From positions 65,782,001-65,846,000 of the forward strand of contig NC_043007.1 of assembly GCF_006345805.1 (NCBI RefSeq): a stretch of DNA of 64,000 nt. The letters run 5' to 3'. This stretch comes from Octopus sinensis. Its lineage: Eukaryota. Each line of letters opens with the position of its first letter. Positions within the stretch are counted from its first letter, which is position 1. This document shows positions 38,371 through 51,475 of the stretch, in pieces. The notes beneath the pieces were generated by a model. That model made no database searches, was not told the origin of the DNA, and was given only the letters and a program-made list of their open reading frames with translations. Position numbers and translations under genes: made by a program.

Positions 38371-39188
38371 ATTTCAACTCCAGTTCCTGAATAGTTGTAG
38401 GCAATCAGAAACATATGCATATCATCCAATATCACTTCCTTTCATATTTATCATTAGGAATATATGCATATACAAATAAATGCAACATCAACAACCTTAC
38501 TAGCTTGGTTCATTGTGAGAGGAAGCGCCAAGTGCAGCGGCTGTCTTGGGTTAATGAAGACCACATTGTAAGTCTCCGCTGTGTCTACCATTATTATGTA
38601 TGTAAGTACAAGTAGATGATAGAGTAGAGAGAAAGAGAGATGGGAGGAAGAAAAAGAAAACTGAGAAAGAAAAAGAGAGAAAGAGAGTATGATATGTCCA
38701 GTCTAACATGTACCCTATACGATTTATCATTGCGTATTTCTTTTGAGCTAGATATACCGAAAAACAAAAAAAAGAAAGACAAAGGTTCATGCTGATGTTG
38801 ATATTAGTCATAATATTGCTATGCTACGTGAAACGGGCTCAATGTCATTCTGAAATTCACAAACAACTGAAGAGAACGAGAATCACCATTTTTCTGCCGA
38901 CCATAAAAAAACATTAGCGGTCCACACTTCTTGATAGCCGGTACTACTGCAAGAAAAATGGAAAGGATCTGGCAGGATTAGTACCACAAAGGATCTGTAC
39001 CACAATAAAAGTCAAGATGACAAACACTCAGTACTTCAACAAACTATTATTATTATTTTTTTTTTTTTTTTTAGAAAAGGCAAGAATGCTTGCAGCATCT
39101 GGTCAAGAGAATTTAGAGCTGCTAAAATACAAAATTGTTCCAATAAAGCTTAATGCTGGTTTTACATTGGAAAGGTATGTTAGGAAGC

Positions 39189-39622
39189 GGATCTTTTCGG
39201 TTTGAACGGCAGTTTTTAACATAATTTCTAGGTAACTAAAAAATTTTAAACTTCGAATACTGGTAGAATGTGCTTATAAAACATCTTTTTCTCTTGGCTT
39301 TATTGAGAAAATTCTATAGTTTGTAAGATAGTTGTTTTTTTCTTCAATTTCTGCAATTTCAACCAATCACTAACGTCTATTAAGTTGAAAACATTCTGTG
39401 CCGTATGAATATGTCCCTCGTTTAAGAAACAGATTGGGTTTACTTACATTTGTGAATAAAAAAGATACCCTTCCCCCCACCCCTAACCCTAACCCTAACC
39501 CTAACTAACCTTAACTCTAAAACAGATTGAAATGCAATAGATCGATACTAGGGTCATAATTATGGGTGACAATTTCATATGACACCGCTAGAAAAAAACT
39601 GCCGTTCAAACCGAAAAGATCC
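39189..39622. mobile_element. Non-autonomous DNA transposon with perfect 29-bp TIRs, 8-bp TSD and internal (CCCTAA)4 (Merlin-like)
   Basis: TIR ggatcttttcggtttgaacggcagttttt at 39189-39217 / 39594-39622. TSD taggaagc at 39181-39188 / 39623-39630. Confidence 0.9.
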
Positions 39623-40086
39623 TAGGAAGCCTCTGCTAACTAAGAGAAGCTTAAAGAACACGTTGCACTTTATCTTGCCGTGAGTATCTATAATAGGCCG
39701 CCTTCAGAAAGACGTCAGCTTGGATAAGTTAAGGTTTGAGCCTTGTTGTGCCACAGAGCTGACTGTGAAGCAAAGAGAAAGTGGTACCATAGAATGAGGT
39801 ACATTTTCATGGGCAATTGTTCATGAACTTAGGAGGGGACTACAGTCAATTATTGCCTTGGTAACAGACTGCAAAAATTTCTTCCCAAAAAAAGAATAAA
39901 GACATTTTTTTCTTTAATTTAATAAATTAAAGCTCTTATCCATTCTCACAGAGAATTATGTTCTGGGCATCTATTTGCTGTCATTTACTCTGTGTGCGTT
40001 TGTTTCTGTCATTTCTTTCCCCGTCTCTGTCACCCACTTTTCTTCTCTCTTTTTGTCTTAATCCATGTTTTGTCAAATCGCTATTT

Positions 40087-40125
<39 letters not shown>

Positions 40126-40671
40126 CTTCTTTTTCCGTTTATGTTTCAACCACACCTTATTTCACCCATCCCCCACCTACCTCTTTAATTCTACCAGACG
40201 TTAATGACACTTGGTCCCTAAAAGCCAGTTTTAACACCTGCCTTCAGTGAAATACAACCTACTCTGCAGGACTTTTGCTATTAAGAAAAAGAAAAGAATG
40301 TGTAGCGAGGAGGAAGCTAAAGGAATCAAGCACTCTCTTCCCTTCCCTTCACGCCCAGTGAAGAAATGAAGGAGGTTAGTTCTCTTAGCTGGACTGACAC
40401 AACTAAGTACCAGTAATTAAGCATAAATCTTTCTTTTTATTATGATAATGAATTGCATGTGCGGTAGTTGGCGGCTGGGTCGATTGGGTGAGTGGTGAAC
40501 GAACAATGACAGGAAAGATGGAAGCAAGGGGTGACGATGAAGAGGGAATAATGGGGCGTGGGGGAAAGAGGGAAGAACATAAAGGGAGGTAAGATATGAG
40601 ACAAGAAAAAGAGACAAGCAAACAACAGAAAAGAGAGAGATAGAATCAGAAGTAAAGAAAGGGTTTCAGAT

Positions 40672-40868
40672 TTTGGCACAGTAAATTTAGTGGGAGAGGA
40701 AGTTAACTACATTAGCCCCAACGCTAGACTGGTAATTATTTTATCGACCCCGAAAGGTTGAAAGGCAAAGTCGACCTCGGCGTAATTTGAACTCAGAACG
40801 TAAAGCTGGAAGAAATGCTGCTATGCAGTTCGTTCTACTAGTAAACGATTCTGCCAGCTCTCTGCCTA
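40672..40868 (-). mobile_element. SINE family B
   Basis: atcgaccccgaaaggttgaaaggcaaagtcgacctcggcgtaatttgaactcagaacg...aacgattctgccagctc. Confidence 0.85.
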
Positions 40869-40897
40869 AATAGGGAAATAATAGAAAGATAAATCTC

Positions 40898-41210
40898 TTT
40901 GATTTCGGAATTACTGATCGTTGGATATACGTTGTCTGATGTCGCTTGGTCAGATAAGTATGTTTAATTTTTCAGTGCTCTCAAATTTAAAATGTTGAAT
41001 TACTGAACTGAAGAGGAGAATGGGAGAGTAGAAATATGATTTTACATTTTTCCCCATCTCTCTAGCTCCGAAACGCGTATACAGTTAATCAAATCCGGGT
41101 GGATTCGTTATTTTTCTCTTTACCTGCGTGAGTTGTTGAGTATTGCTGCCTGGGAGATTTTCTTATGGTAGGGAAATAGTAGTTTAACTGCTATTTCTAA
41201 ATTTCGGTAC
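40898..41210. repeat. Unclassified modular repeat (related copies at 43406-43553, 43745-43935, 54976-55061)
   Basis: Shared blocks tttgatttcggaattactg...gaggagaatgggag and gagtattgctgcctgggag...atttcggta. Confidence 0.85.
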
Positions 41211-41769
41211 GTACGTGCATACATACGTACATACATACATAATACATACATACATACATGCATACATACATGCATACATGCATGCATGCATACATACATA
41301 CATACATACATACATACATACATACATACATACATACATACATACACACACACAAAAAGCAACAAGAGAGAAGGGAGGAGAAAAAAGAGAAAAACAACTC
41401 CCAAACATTCAGAAACATACTCGCATTGTATCTTTGACCAAAGCATTTCATTCTACATTGGTTTAGTCTATTCGGCTGGAAATGAGTACTAGCTGAGTGC
41501 TGATGCAGCCTTCTCCCTCTTTTTTCAGTTGTTATATCTTCCATGTTGAAATGAATCAAGTGTACAAAAGCTGAGAGTGTGTCTATGTCTACTTGCAACT
41601 ACATGGGCACGTAAAACAATTAGTTGAAACGTGATGCAAGTTAGCAGGTCATACTCGTTTGCGAGTAATGGTAAGACGAAGTTTTATATAAGATGTTCAT
41701 TAGTAAATTTCTTGGAATGTTTGATTGGTACTGGGATGATGTTGATAACAAATACTTTAAGAAGTTCAT

Positions 41770-41815
<46 letters not shown>

Positions 41816-41824
41816 TATGTATGT

Positions 41825-41975
41825 GTGTTTTTTCTGTTTGTCGCCCACCGTCATTAAACAACCGGTGCTGGTTTGTTTACGTCCCCGTAACTTGATGTTT
41901 CGGCAAAACATACCGATAGAATAAGTACCATCTTTAAAATAATTACTCAAGTTAATTTGTTCGACTAAACACTTC
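41825..41975 (+). mobile_element. SINE family A, 3' half
   Basis: tttacgtccccgtaactt...ttcggcaaaacataccgatagaataagtac. Confidence 0.75.
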
Positions 41976-42134
41976 ATGGTATCGATCCTAAGACTGGAAG
42001 AAGATATATATATATATATATTATATATATATATATTATATATATATATATATTATATATATATTATATATATAAAATTAAAATTAGAGATAAAACCACT
42101 ATCAGGCAAATATATATATATATATATAATATAT

Positions 42135-42166
<32 letters not shown>

Positions 42167-42184
42167 ATATATATACATATATAT

Positions 42185-42264
<80 letters not shown>

Positions 42265-42600
42265 TATATGTATATATATATATGTGTGTGTGTGTTAATA
42301 ATAATGTGTGTAAGACTTGTACATCACGTGAATTTATTTTGTGGTTATATACAGCATATTATGATAATCTACACGTGTTTTTGTTGCAGCTACTACTCAT
42401 TGATACAAATGCAACCTTGCAATATTGTCGGTGCAGTGAACAGATTGAAGTAAATTCTATTTAGCTAGTGAGCACCAATTAACAAACAAATTATTTCAAT
42501 CAGGATGAGGAATTGGATGAACCTTTGCATATTGAAGGTAGCATAAGTTTTGTGGATGTACGAGTCTCCATACGCTTTATTATTATTAATATTAATATAC

Positions 42601-42963
42601 AATCCTGACAAATTTTACTGTCCAGCGAAGAGAACACAGAATTACTCATGGAAGGAATTCACTTGTGCCTCTGAGAACGTAATTTATGTAATAACCTGCT
42701 CGGGTTGCGGACACAACTATATTGGACAGGCGAATATGACCTTGTGAAAGAGAATCACTCTACATAAAGAGCAAATCCGTTTCCCGCAATACAGGCAAAT
42801 TATTCTCAGTGAACATATAGAAAAATGTGCAGAAAACATCAAACCAAATTTCACAGTCTTCCCCTTCTACCAGTGCAAAGATACAATCTCTCCACAAGAA
42901 AGTTTAAATAAAGAAACTTTTTTCATTGAAAAATACAGAACACATCTTAATATACACGCATAA
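42601..42963 (+). pseudogene. Penelope-like element GIY-YIG endonuclease remnant
   Basis: FTCASENVIYVITCSGCGHNYIGQA NMTL*KRITLHK...SEHIEKC...KETFFIEKY...LN. One in-frame TGA at the conserved Arg-like position. Confidence 0.88.
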
Positions 42964-43231
42964 CCAACATTTATCTTTTTATATATTTCATCACTGTACA
43001 TAAATCCCCTAACTAAACAAGTTTTTCGAAACCTTTTTTGTCTGTACATATATATATTCCCCTCCCCTTACCGAAAGCTGAACAGTTATCTCCCTTGCCC
43101 ACAACAATAACAATAACGATAACCAATTACCTCCCCTTATTTTTCTACTTGTGAAGTCATTCACTCGTAAATATCATCATATGGGCAAAATTTCTTCTTA
43201 AGAAAATACACACTCAAATAAGTAAACCATA

Positions 43232-43266
43232 ATATCATGAATAGCGATAGCGAAACCGGTCGATAT
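43232..43266 (+). ncRNA. Degenerate minimal hammerhead in the Penelope pLTR
   Basis: AUAUC-augaaua-GC gaua GC-GAAAC cg GUC-GAUAU. Stem I 5 bp and palindromic stem III; core C3 and G8 mutated. Confidence 0.6.
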
Positions 43267-43323
43267 ATTAAAATTATATTAAAACTATGTAAAGTGTGCG
43301 TATTTTTTACCTTTCTTATATAC

Positions 43324-43405
<82 letters not shown>

Positions 43406-44000
43406 CGTGAGTTGTTGAGTATTGCTGTCTGGGAGATTTTCTTATGGTAGGGAAATAGTAGTTTAACTGCTATTTTAAATTTCGGTATGTGGTGAAGCAA
43501 ATTTCTGCTGAACCCTAATTATAATTATACTCATAATTATAGAATTTTTGTATAAGTTTACCGTAATGGTTCTTTTAACATACCGAACTACTTGGTAAAA
43601 TTATTAATAATTAATTAATTAATTAATTTTACCCTTTATTATTATTATAATTCTCTCCCTGATAGTAAACCGCAGTTTTCTGTGGAATTTTACTCGCTAG
43701 CACAGGTGGGTGAACGAGGAGGAATACGAGATCTCATTCGTCTGTTTGATTTCGGAATTACTGGTCGTTGGATGTATGTTGTCTGATGTCGCCTGGTCAG
43801 ATAAGTATGTTTAATTTTTCAGTGCTCTCAAATTTAAAACCTTGAATTACTGTACTGAAGAGGAGAATGGGAGTATTGCTGCCTGGGAGATTTTCTTATG
43901 GTAGGGAAATAGTAGTTTAACTGCTATTTCGGTACATACATACATACATACAACATACATACATACATACATACATACATACATACATACACACACACAC

Positions 44001-44037
<37 letters not shown>

Positions 44038-44038
<1 letters not shown>

Positions 44039-44183
44039 ACACACTTCTTTCAGTTTCCGTCTACCAAATCCACTCACTAGGCTATAGTAGAAGAGAATTG
44101 CCCAAGGTGCCACGCAGTGGGACTGAACCTGGAACCATGTGGTTGGTAAGCATGCTTCTTACCACACAGCCACACCTGCGCCT
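44038..44183 (-). mobile_element. SINE family A, 5' half
   Basis: ttcagtttccgtctaccaaatccactcac...ccacacagccacacctgcgcc. Confidence 0.85.
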
Positions 44184-44544
44184 AGTAATCTTTTAATGAT
44201 ATTTATATTTCTTGCATATCTTTTCACTGATCTTCGTTCTGATTTTGCCTGGGTCTTTCAGCTGAGTAAACAGGCAGAGATGTAGAGGATATTTTAATAT
44301 TTGATCTTCAATGGTAGATTCAACTGAAGATAACCAATCGGATTCTCGATCACGCACATAATCCGAAAAGTTTGAAACAGCAATATTGAATTATCCTCTA
44401 TTCCTCTAACGTTCTCCTTGGAGGTAAGACGGAGTTCTATATTCACTGCCCGCAAACATCTCTGCTTGTGAACATTCATTGAAACTCTACATAGTGCCGA
44501 TAGCTTACCGGCTGCTAGATTTGCCGTTCACAAATTTCATTCAC

Positions 44545-45018
44545 AAGGCTTTGTTCAGTTACTCAATCAAATATTTATATTTATTTATTCTTAAGTTTGG
44601 TACTTATTGAATCGGTTTCTTAGGTCAGACCGCTAAGTTACGAGGGTGTTAATAACAAACCACCACCACCACCACCAGCAGTCAATGTCGGATGGACAAA
44701 AACAAAAACAAAGATACACTTTCCCCGAGGTGTAGAAATCGACTTCATTTCTTATTTTTATAAAAGCCTGATACTTATTCTATCGGTCGCTTGTTTTTTT
44801 TTTTTTTTTTTTTTTTGGTCGAACCCATAACTTACAGGAACATAAACAAACCAGCTATGGCTGTCGAACGATGTCAGAAGACAAACAAACATACCAAATC
44901 CATTCACGATGTTTTGGTCTCCCCGAGGCTATAGTAGAAGACACTTGTCCAACGTGCCACGCTGTGGGATTAAACTCAGAACCATGAGGCAGGAAGCAAA
45001 CTTCTTACCCTACTGCCA
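44545..45018 (-). mobile_element. Cluster of SINE family A fragments
   Basis: tacttattctatcggtc, ccgaggctatagtagaagacacttgtcc and gtgggattaaactcagaaccatg blocks. Confidence 0.7.
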
Positions 45019-45711
45019 CCATCTTTTGATTCACTGTTATTTTTGTGCATCTTCATTAATTATTTCGCCTTAATGTTTTTCAATTTTGTTTGGCGAAGAG
45101 CTGACTTGGTTATTAGTTATTTGTTTTTGGTTAATTTGCTTCATTGGTTTACACGTAGGGTGTTTCATATTATCGTTCATGCTAGAGTGATTTTGTTGGT
45201 GTGATTTTTGTTTTGGTCAAGGTCAGAGGGTTTTAAAGATGTGTTTATGTGTGTGTTTGGCTGGGGAGGAGTGTGCTTAGATGCTTGCATTTATTTTGTT
45301 TTCTTAATTATTTAAGCGTTATTGTCTGTTATTTTCCTTTTGAATTTAACTGTTTAACTAATTAAAATGACATGCGTTTATGGAGGAGAATGAATGTGTT
45401 TCATATTGTAAATGGTATTATATGGTTGGGTGACTTCTGCAAATGTGTGCTTTCAATAGTGTTTTGGTCAAGATTGAAATGTTTAAATAGGGAAGGGAAT
45501 ATGGTGCACTTTATTAAAATTTTCTGTTAAATTAAAGATATTCATACTTTTATTGGACAACCATTGTCTCCTGTTTTTATTTTCATTAGTGAGTATCGTG
45601 TATTAGTATGGGTTATCTTTTGTGGATACCATTGCTAAAGCGTGTCTATGAATTAATTATCTTGGGCACGCACACTCACACACACGCACGCGCGTGCATA
45701 CACACATACAC

Positions 45712-45925
45712 ACCTTTTTGTCTTTCACTTGTTTTTGTCATTCGACTGTGGATACACTGGAGCTCCGCTTTGAAGGGTTTTAGTCGAAGGAATTGGATTA
45801 GTATTTAATTTCTTACAGCCTGGTAGTTACTTCGTCGGTCACTTTTGCCAAACTGCTAAATTACGAGAGTGTTTATAAACCCACACCGGTTGTGAAGCAG
45901 TGGTGGAGGACTAACACACACACAT
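45712..45925 (-). mobile_element. SINE family A, 3' half, decayed
   Basis: gtcattcgactgtgg...tttagtcgaa...caaactgctaaattacg...accggttgtgaagcagtggtgg. Confidence 0.7.
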
Positions 45926-46324
45926 ATACATACATATATGAGCGTCTCTATAATCACTAGACTAGACTAGTTTCGCCTATCAGTCGTAGTGACTACCCAA
46001 ACAGTCGATTGACTAATTCTGTCTTCTAGCATATACAGTTTTACCATAATCATTTATGACTGATTTAGCGAAATGCTAATGCGTATATTAAAAATTAATA
46101 TAAACAGCTAGGTGCAATATAATACCATAAAGGGAAGATTTTATCTTCACTGTCACTGAGGATGCCGAAGCACTTATATTACAAGAAATAAGAGTTAAAA
46201 TCTCTTAATTCTGTAAGAAGTGCGCAATATATATACACTGACAAGGTAAATGATCGCCCCATGAGTATCTCTAGAAACACTAACCTTGTAAGTTGATATG
46301 GTTGACGGAAACTGAAAGCGCGTC

Positions 46325-46359
<35 letters not shown>

Positions 46360-46980
46360 GAGACCCATTTCCTGGCTTTCTCCTTATTGCACACATTCCA
46401 ACATCTTTCACTTCACTCTGTCCCTTTCATTTTTTCTCGCCCCTCCTTAATTCTTCTATCCCGTTGCCCCCTCTCTCTCCCTTCTCTCATCTCTCCCCAC
46501 GTGACCGGTGTTCGGACAAGCCCGACCTTTCTTTCTTGGTTCGACTACTGTCCGTGCAACATCTGTATTCCTCCCTGTGCCCTTTTAAAAACTTATGTCC
46601 CTGCCGTAAGGCTTTACTTCCACACACGCCAGCTTAATTTAATTCATCTTTAGTCGAAAGGCACCCGTTATTAATGTTCTGTTATTTGTATTTGTGTACC
46701 ATTTCGCCGTTTTCTTTCGTCCTTGTTTTCGTATACATTCGCTGCTTTCTTCCAAGAAATCTAGTGCTGTTAGCTTAGTTTTTCCTAGGGGCTGGCCAGA
46801 TTGGAGCAATCTCGAGTATAACAAACCAAAATTGCAAAGATAATCTGGAACTCGACTGAGGAAAGAAAACTCCGAATGCCCCGTCCTTGTTCTCTTTGTA
46901 TCGTCTGTCAGGATGTGGTGTTGTCCCTCTTTTGTATCACCTGTCTGGATGTTTTGCGTTCTTGTCCCATTTTTGTATAT
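46360..46980 (+). mobile_element. Possible Penelope pLTR-like repeat
   Basis: Inserted next to (TA)n. Carries ctgagga...ctccgaatgccccgtc (hammerhead-like, 46856-46885) and short tandem repeats. Confidence 0.35.
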
Positions 46981-47094
46981 ATATATTTATATATACATAC
47001 ATACATACATACATGCGTACATATATAAATATATGCACATATGTGTGTGTATATGAGAGAATGTGTGTGTGTGTGTGTGTGTCTGTGTGTGTGT

Positions 47095-47312
47095 CTTTGT
47101 GCTTGTGTTTGTCCCCCAACTACCGCTTGTCAACCAGCGTTTGTGTATTTATATCCCCGTAACTGAAGGGCTTCGGCAAAAGAGACTAATGGAATAAGAA
47201 CCAGGCTTTACAAGAAAATTGATAAGTACTGGGGTCGATAATTTCAACTAAAATTCTTCAAGGCGGTGCCCCAACATGGTCGCAGTCTAATGACTGAAAC
47301 AAGTAAAATACT
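47095..47312 (+). mobile_element. SINE family A, 3' half
   Basis: tgtttgtcccccaactaccgcttgtc...cgcagtctaatgactgaaacaagtaaaa. Confidence 0.85.
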
Positions 47313-47439
47313 TGCAATCGAATATAAAAATGGATTATTAATGACGTCACCGATGTACGTACATTTCATTACATCAGTGAAATATTTAAAATCCACTGTC
47401 ATAGGGGTACCTCCTCTGGTGGGTCTTATCAGAAGCAAC

Positions 47440-47600
47440 GGTCATTACACTTTTTGGTAGGTTCCCAAGCATGTCCAACATAGACTACCCAACAATTTCG
47501 TTCAAGATACCCCTCTGGGTCTCCTGTCGGTTGTTTCGGCTTGAAGAATCCGTCTTATGATTCGTTCTTGCGACATTCTAATCACGTGTCCATGGTACTG
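47440..47600 (-). pseudogene. RTE-clade LINE C-terminal fragment (related copy at about 61660-61830)
   Basis: Minus strand VIRMSQERIIRRILQAETTDRRPRG (RM..R..K.IL....RPRGRP-like). Confidence 0.65.
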
Positions 47601-47758
47601 GAGCTGTGACATCTACATACAATACAAAATAAACAGAAAGGTTTCTAGCAGTTAAGATCAAACTTCATGTAAGAAAGTATTTTTCTGCATGCTGCGTCCA
47701 AATAGGATAAAAGATGTCTCTATGAAGACATTGTCATAAAAGTAGAAAAACGATCCAT

Positions 47759-47845
<87 letters not shown>

Positions 47846-47902
47846 ACACACACACAATGATAGCTGGCCCACCTGACCAATGAGAAACATCTGATATAAA
47901 GG

Positions 47903-48203
47903 AGCACTCCGGAGGTTACGACGTCGAGGGCCTCAGCTGATACGATCAACGGAACAGCTTGCTCGTGAAATTAACGAGCAAGTGACTGAGCACTCCACAG
48001 ACACGTGTACCCTTTACGTAGTTCTCAGGGAGATTCAGCATGACACAGAGTGTGAAAAGGCTGGCCCTTTGAAATAAAGGTACTACTCATTTTTGCCAGC
48101 TGAGTGGACTGGAGCAACGTGAAATAAAGTGTCGCCGGGAATTGAACTCACGACCTTATGATCGTGAGCCGAATGCCCTAACCACTAAGCCACGCGCCTT
48201 CAC
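47903..48203 (-). mobile_element. SINE with head D and family C tail
   Basis: Tail matches 53760-53890; head and centre match 21729-21860. Confidence 0.85.
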
Positions 48204-48457
48204 ATCTAATATAGTAGAGCGAGCATGACATTAAGGCTGAGGCTGAAATCACTATGAAGTTAATGATTATACCAAATTAAAAACTGATGACGATGATAAT
48301 GATGGTAATGACGACGACGATGACGATGATGCTGATAATGAGGATGGAAGTGGTGGTGATAATGATGGCGATGAAGATGATGATAATGATGATGATAATG
48401 ATGATGATGATGACGATGATGATGATGATAATGATGATGATGATGATGATGATGATG

Positions 48458-48488
<31 letters not shown>

Positions 48489-48492
48489 GGTG

Positions 48493-48541
<49 letters not shown>

Positions 48542-49120
48542 AACGACAATGAAGAAAGTTGCTTTAAAACGATAAAAGCTAGTTTATTCAATTCGAGTCT
48601 AACATTCTCACACGCAACACACACACATACACACACACACACACACACACATGCACACACACGCATACTCACACACAGAGAATGAGAAGGAGAGAGAGAG
48701 AGAGCAGGATGAAAAGAGAGAGAGACAGACAGACACATACAAACACATACATGCAAACGTATTTAATTGAAGTAAAATATAATGTTGTTCTTATTATTGC
48801 CGTTGTTCTCACTTTTGATGTTATTTTCATTTTCTACATCCATTGCCACCGTGTCTTGCAGCAGTTTCTAGAAAAAAAATGCTCCACTGCGCAAGTGTGA
48901 CAACCTTGCATACATAATTACGGATATGTGTGCATAGAAGATAGCGTGCTATAACTGCTTATCAGCATATACGAAATCAGTATGTATGTATGTATGTATG
49001 ATGTATGTATGTATGTATGTATGTATGTATGTATGTATGTATGTATGTATGTATGTGTGTGTGTATGTATGTATGTACGTACACATACACAAACATACAT
49101 ACATACATACATACATACAT

Positions 49121-49175
<55 letters not shown>

Positions 49176-49667
49176 TGTGCTTAAGCATGCGAAAAAATGT
49201 TCTATGTATTTGCATGTGTGTATACATACATACATGTATACATACAGACGTATATGATATATATATATTTATAATTATATACACACACACACACATATAT
49301 ATATATAATATATATACAAGCACGAGATTTTGACAGAGTGACTGGGTATGCAATCAAAGAAAAATAATACTAAAAACTTCATGAAAGATAAACGGGTGGT
49401 GTGAAAGTTGGGAGGAGCTTCAAGATGAAGAAGAACAATCAGAGATGGGATGTAGAGAAGTACCGGCTGGTGAGTAATGAAGTGGGCTGGATGGTTATCG
49501 GGTGTGTCGGGTGGGATGGTTGTTGGGGGAATAACAAGATGGTGCCAATAAAACATGACATGATTTCAAGATAAAAGTGTTGCCTTGCCTAGTTCTCTCT
49601 ATATTTGCATTTCCTCATGCATGTGCATACATCCCTGTACACGTACGAACATACATACATACATATA

Positions 49668-49711
<44 letters not shown>

Positions 49712-49914
49712 TAGATAGATAGATAGATAGATAGATGCATATATATATATTATATATATGTACTGACATGTATACATCCCGTTGCGCATACGTATGTACA
49801 TATACGTATGCATACATATGTACATACGCTCATAGATCTATATGTACTTACGCGAATAAATAGCAAATGTAGATGCGTATAACTCATGTAGTAACACACA
49901 CATGCATATATATG

Positions 49915-49956
<42 letters not shown>

Positions 49957-50831
49957 ATATATATGCATATATATATGTATGTATGTATATATATATGCAT
50001 ATATATATATTATATATATATATATATATAAATATATATATATACATACATGCATATATATGTGTGCGTGTGTGTATGTGTGTGTGTATGTGTGTGTGTG
50101 CGCGTGCGTTTGTGTATGTATCTATGTATGTAAGTGTGTACGTACAGCATCGGCAACGGCAAGCAAATAAACCAAACACGATATAAATTACATGACCATA
50201 TGTATTCTCACATGTAAACTTTTAAATGAACATATCATAGACACACATATACACACACAAGTACACAAACAACACACACAAACACAAACACATACACATG
50301 CGTGTATATATGTGTCTGTGTGTCTGAGCATATGCGTAGAATCGTTAAGAACAATGTAATTTAATATATTTTAATCATCAACTAATTTGCTTATTTGTTT
50401 AGTTATCGGCTTTTGGCAGTTTCACAATAATTGTTGTTCTTCTTCTTCTCCTGTTGTTGTTGTTGTTGTTGTTGTATGTTGTTTGTGGTAGTTTCATTAT
50501 TAACGTTGTCACTGTTGCTGTTGACACTATCGTTTCTGCTATTGTTGTAGTTGTTGTTAAGTGTTCTCAACTCTTATTTTACAGCGTTGAAGATGGTGGT
50601 GATGATGATGATGATGAAGAGGGGGAGGGTTAGGATGAGGAGATGTAGGAAGAGGAGGGAGAAGGTGAGGAGGAAGAAGATGAGGAGGGGGAGGAGTAGA
50701 AAGGAGAGAGTTGGAAGAGTCAGTGGGAAAGAGAGGGAGTAGGAGTGGGAGTACGGCGACGACAGCGGGAACGACAACGGCAGCGATGATGATGATGATG
50801 GTGGTGGTGATGGTGGCGGTGAGAAGATGCT

Positions 50832-50876
<45 letters not shown>

Positions 50877-51431
50877 GATGATGATGATGATGATAATGAT
50901 GATGATGATGATGATGATAATGATGATGATGATGATGACGATGATGATGGTTGTGGTGATGATGATAACGACGACGATGGCGATGAGACAGCAAGGAGGA
51001 AAAGCGCGCTTAAAATAGAGAATAAAAGGAAAACAATGCAATTGGAAAAGAACAAAAATTCAATAAAAAAAAAATTGCAAAAAAAATGAAGAAAATCAAA
51101 ACAAAAACGACAGCAACGAGAACAACAAGATCTGTAGAATGGCGGCCGTCTTATGTTGTTTCTGTGGCAATGTGTCAGGCGAAAGTAGTCGATCTTCCGT
51201 CACAACAATCCAGCGGCGCATCTCATGATGCTGGTGTGGAGGCATGGGATATGAGAGGGAGGAGGAGGTGTTTGTAATGTTAGTAATGATGGCGGTGGTA
51301 ATGGAAGTGATGGTGGTGGTGGTGGTGGTAGACAATTAATCACAGCTCAAGGCTAAAATATGTCACTTCCAGATCGCAACGCTTGATTCTAACACACACG
51401 CTTGCAGAAACGCACACACGAACACACAGAC

Positions 51432-51475
<44 letters not shown>

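Noticed and set aside
39481-39504. Chromosome end or fusion site
   Set aside because: Only four units, lying inside a TIR/TSD-bounded element.
44221-44490. Possible coding remnant on the minus strand (ESDWLSSVES...ILKYPL, faintly Polinton-like)
   Set aside because: Too short and interrupted by stops to support any family.
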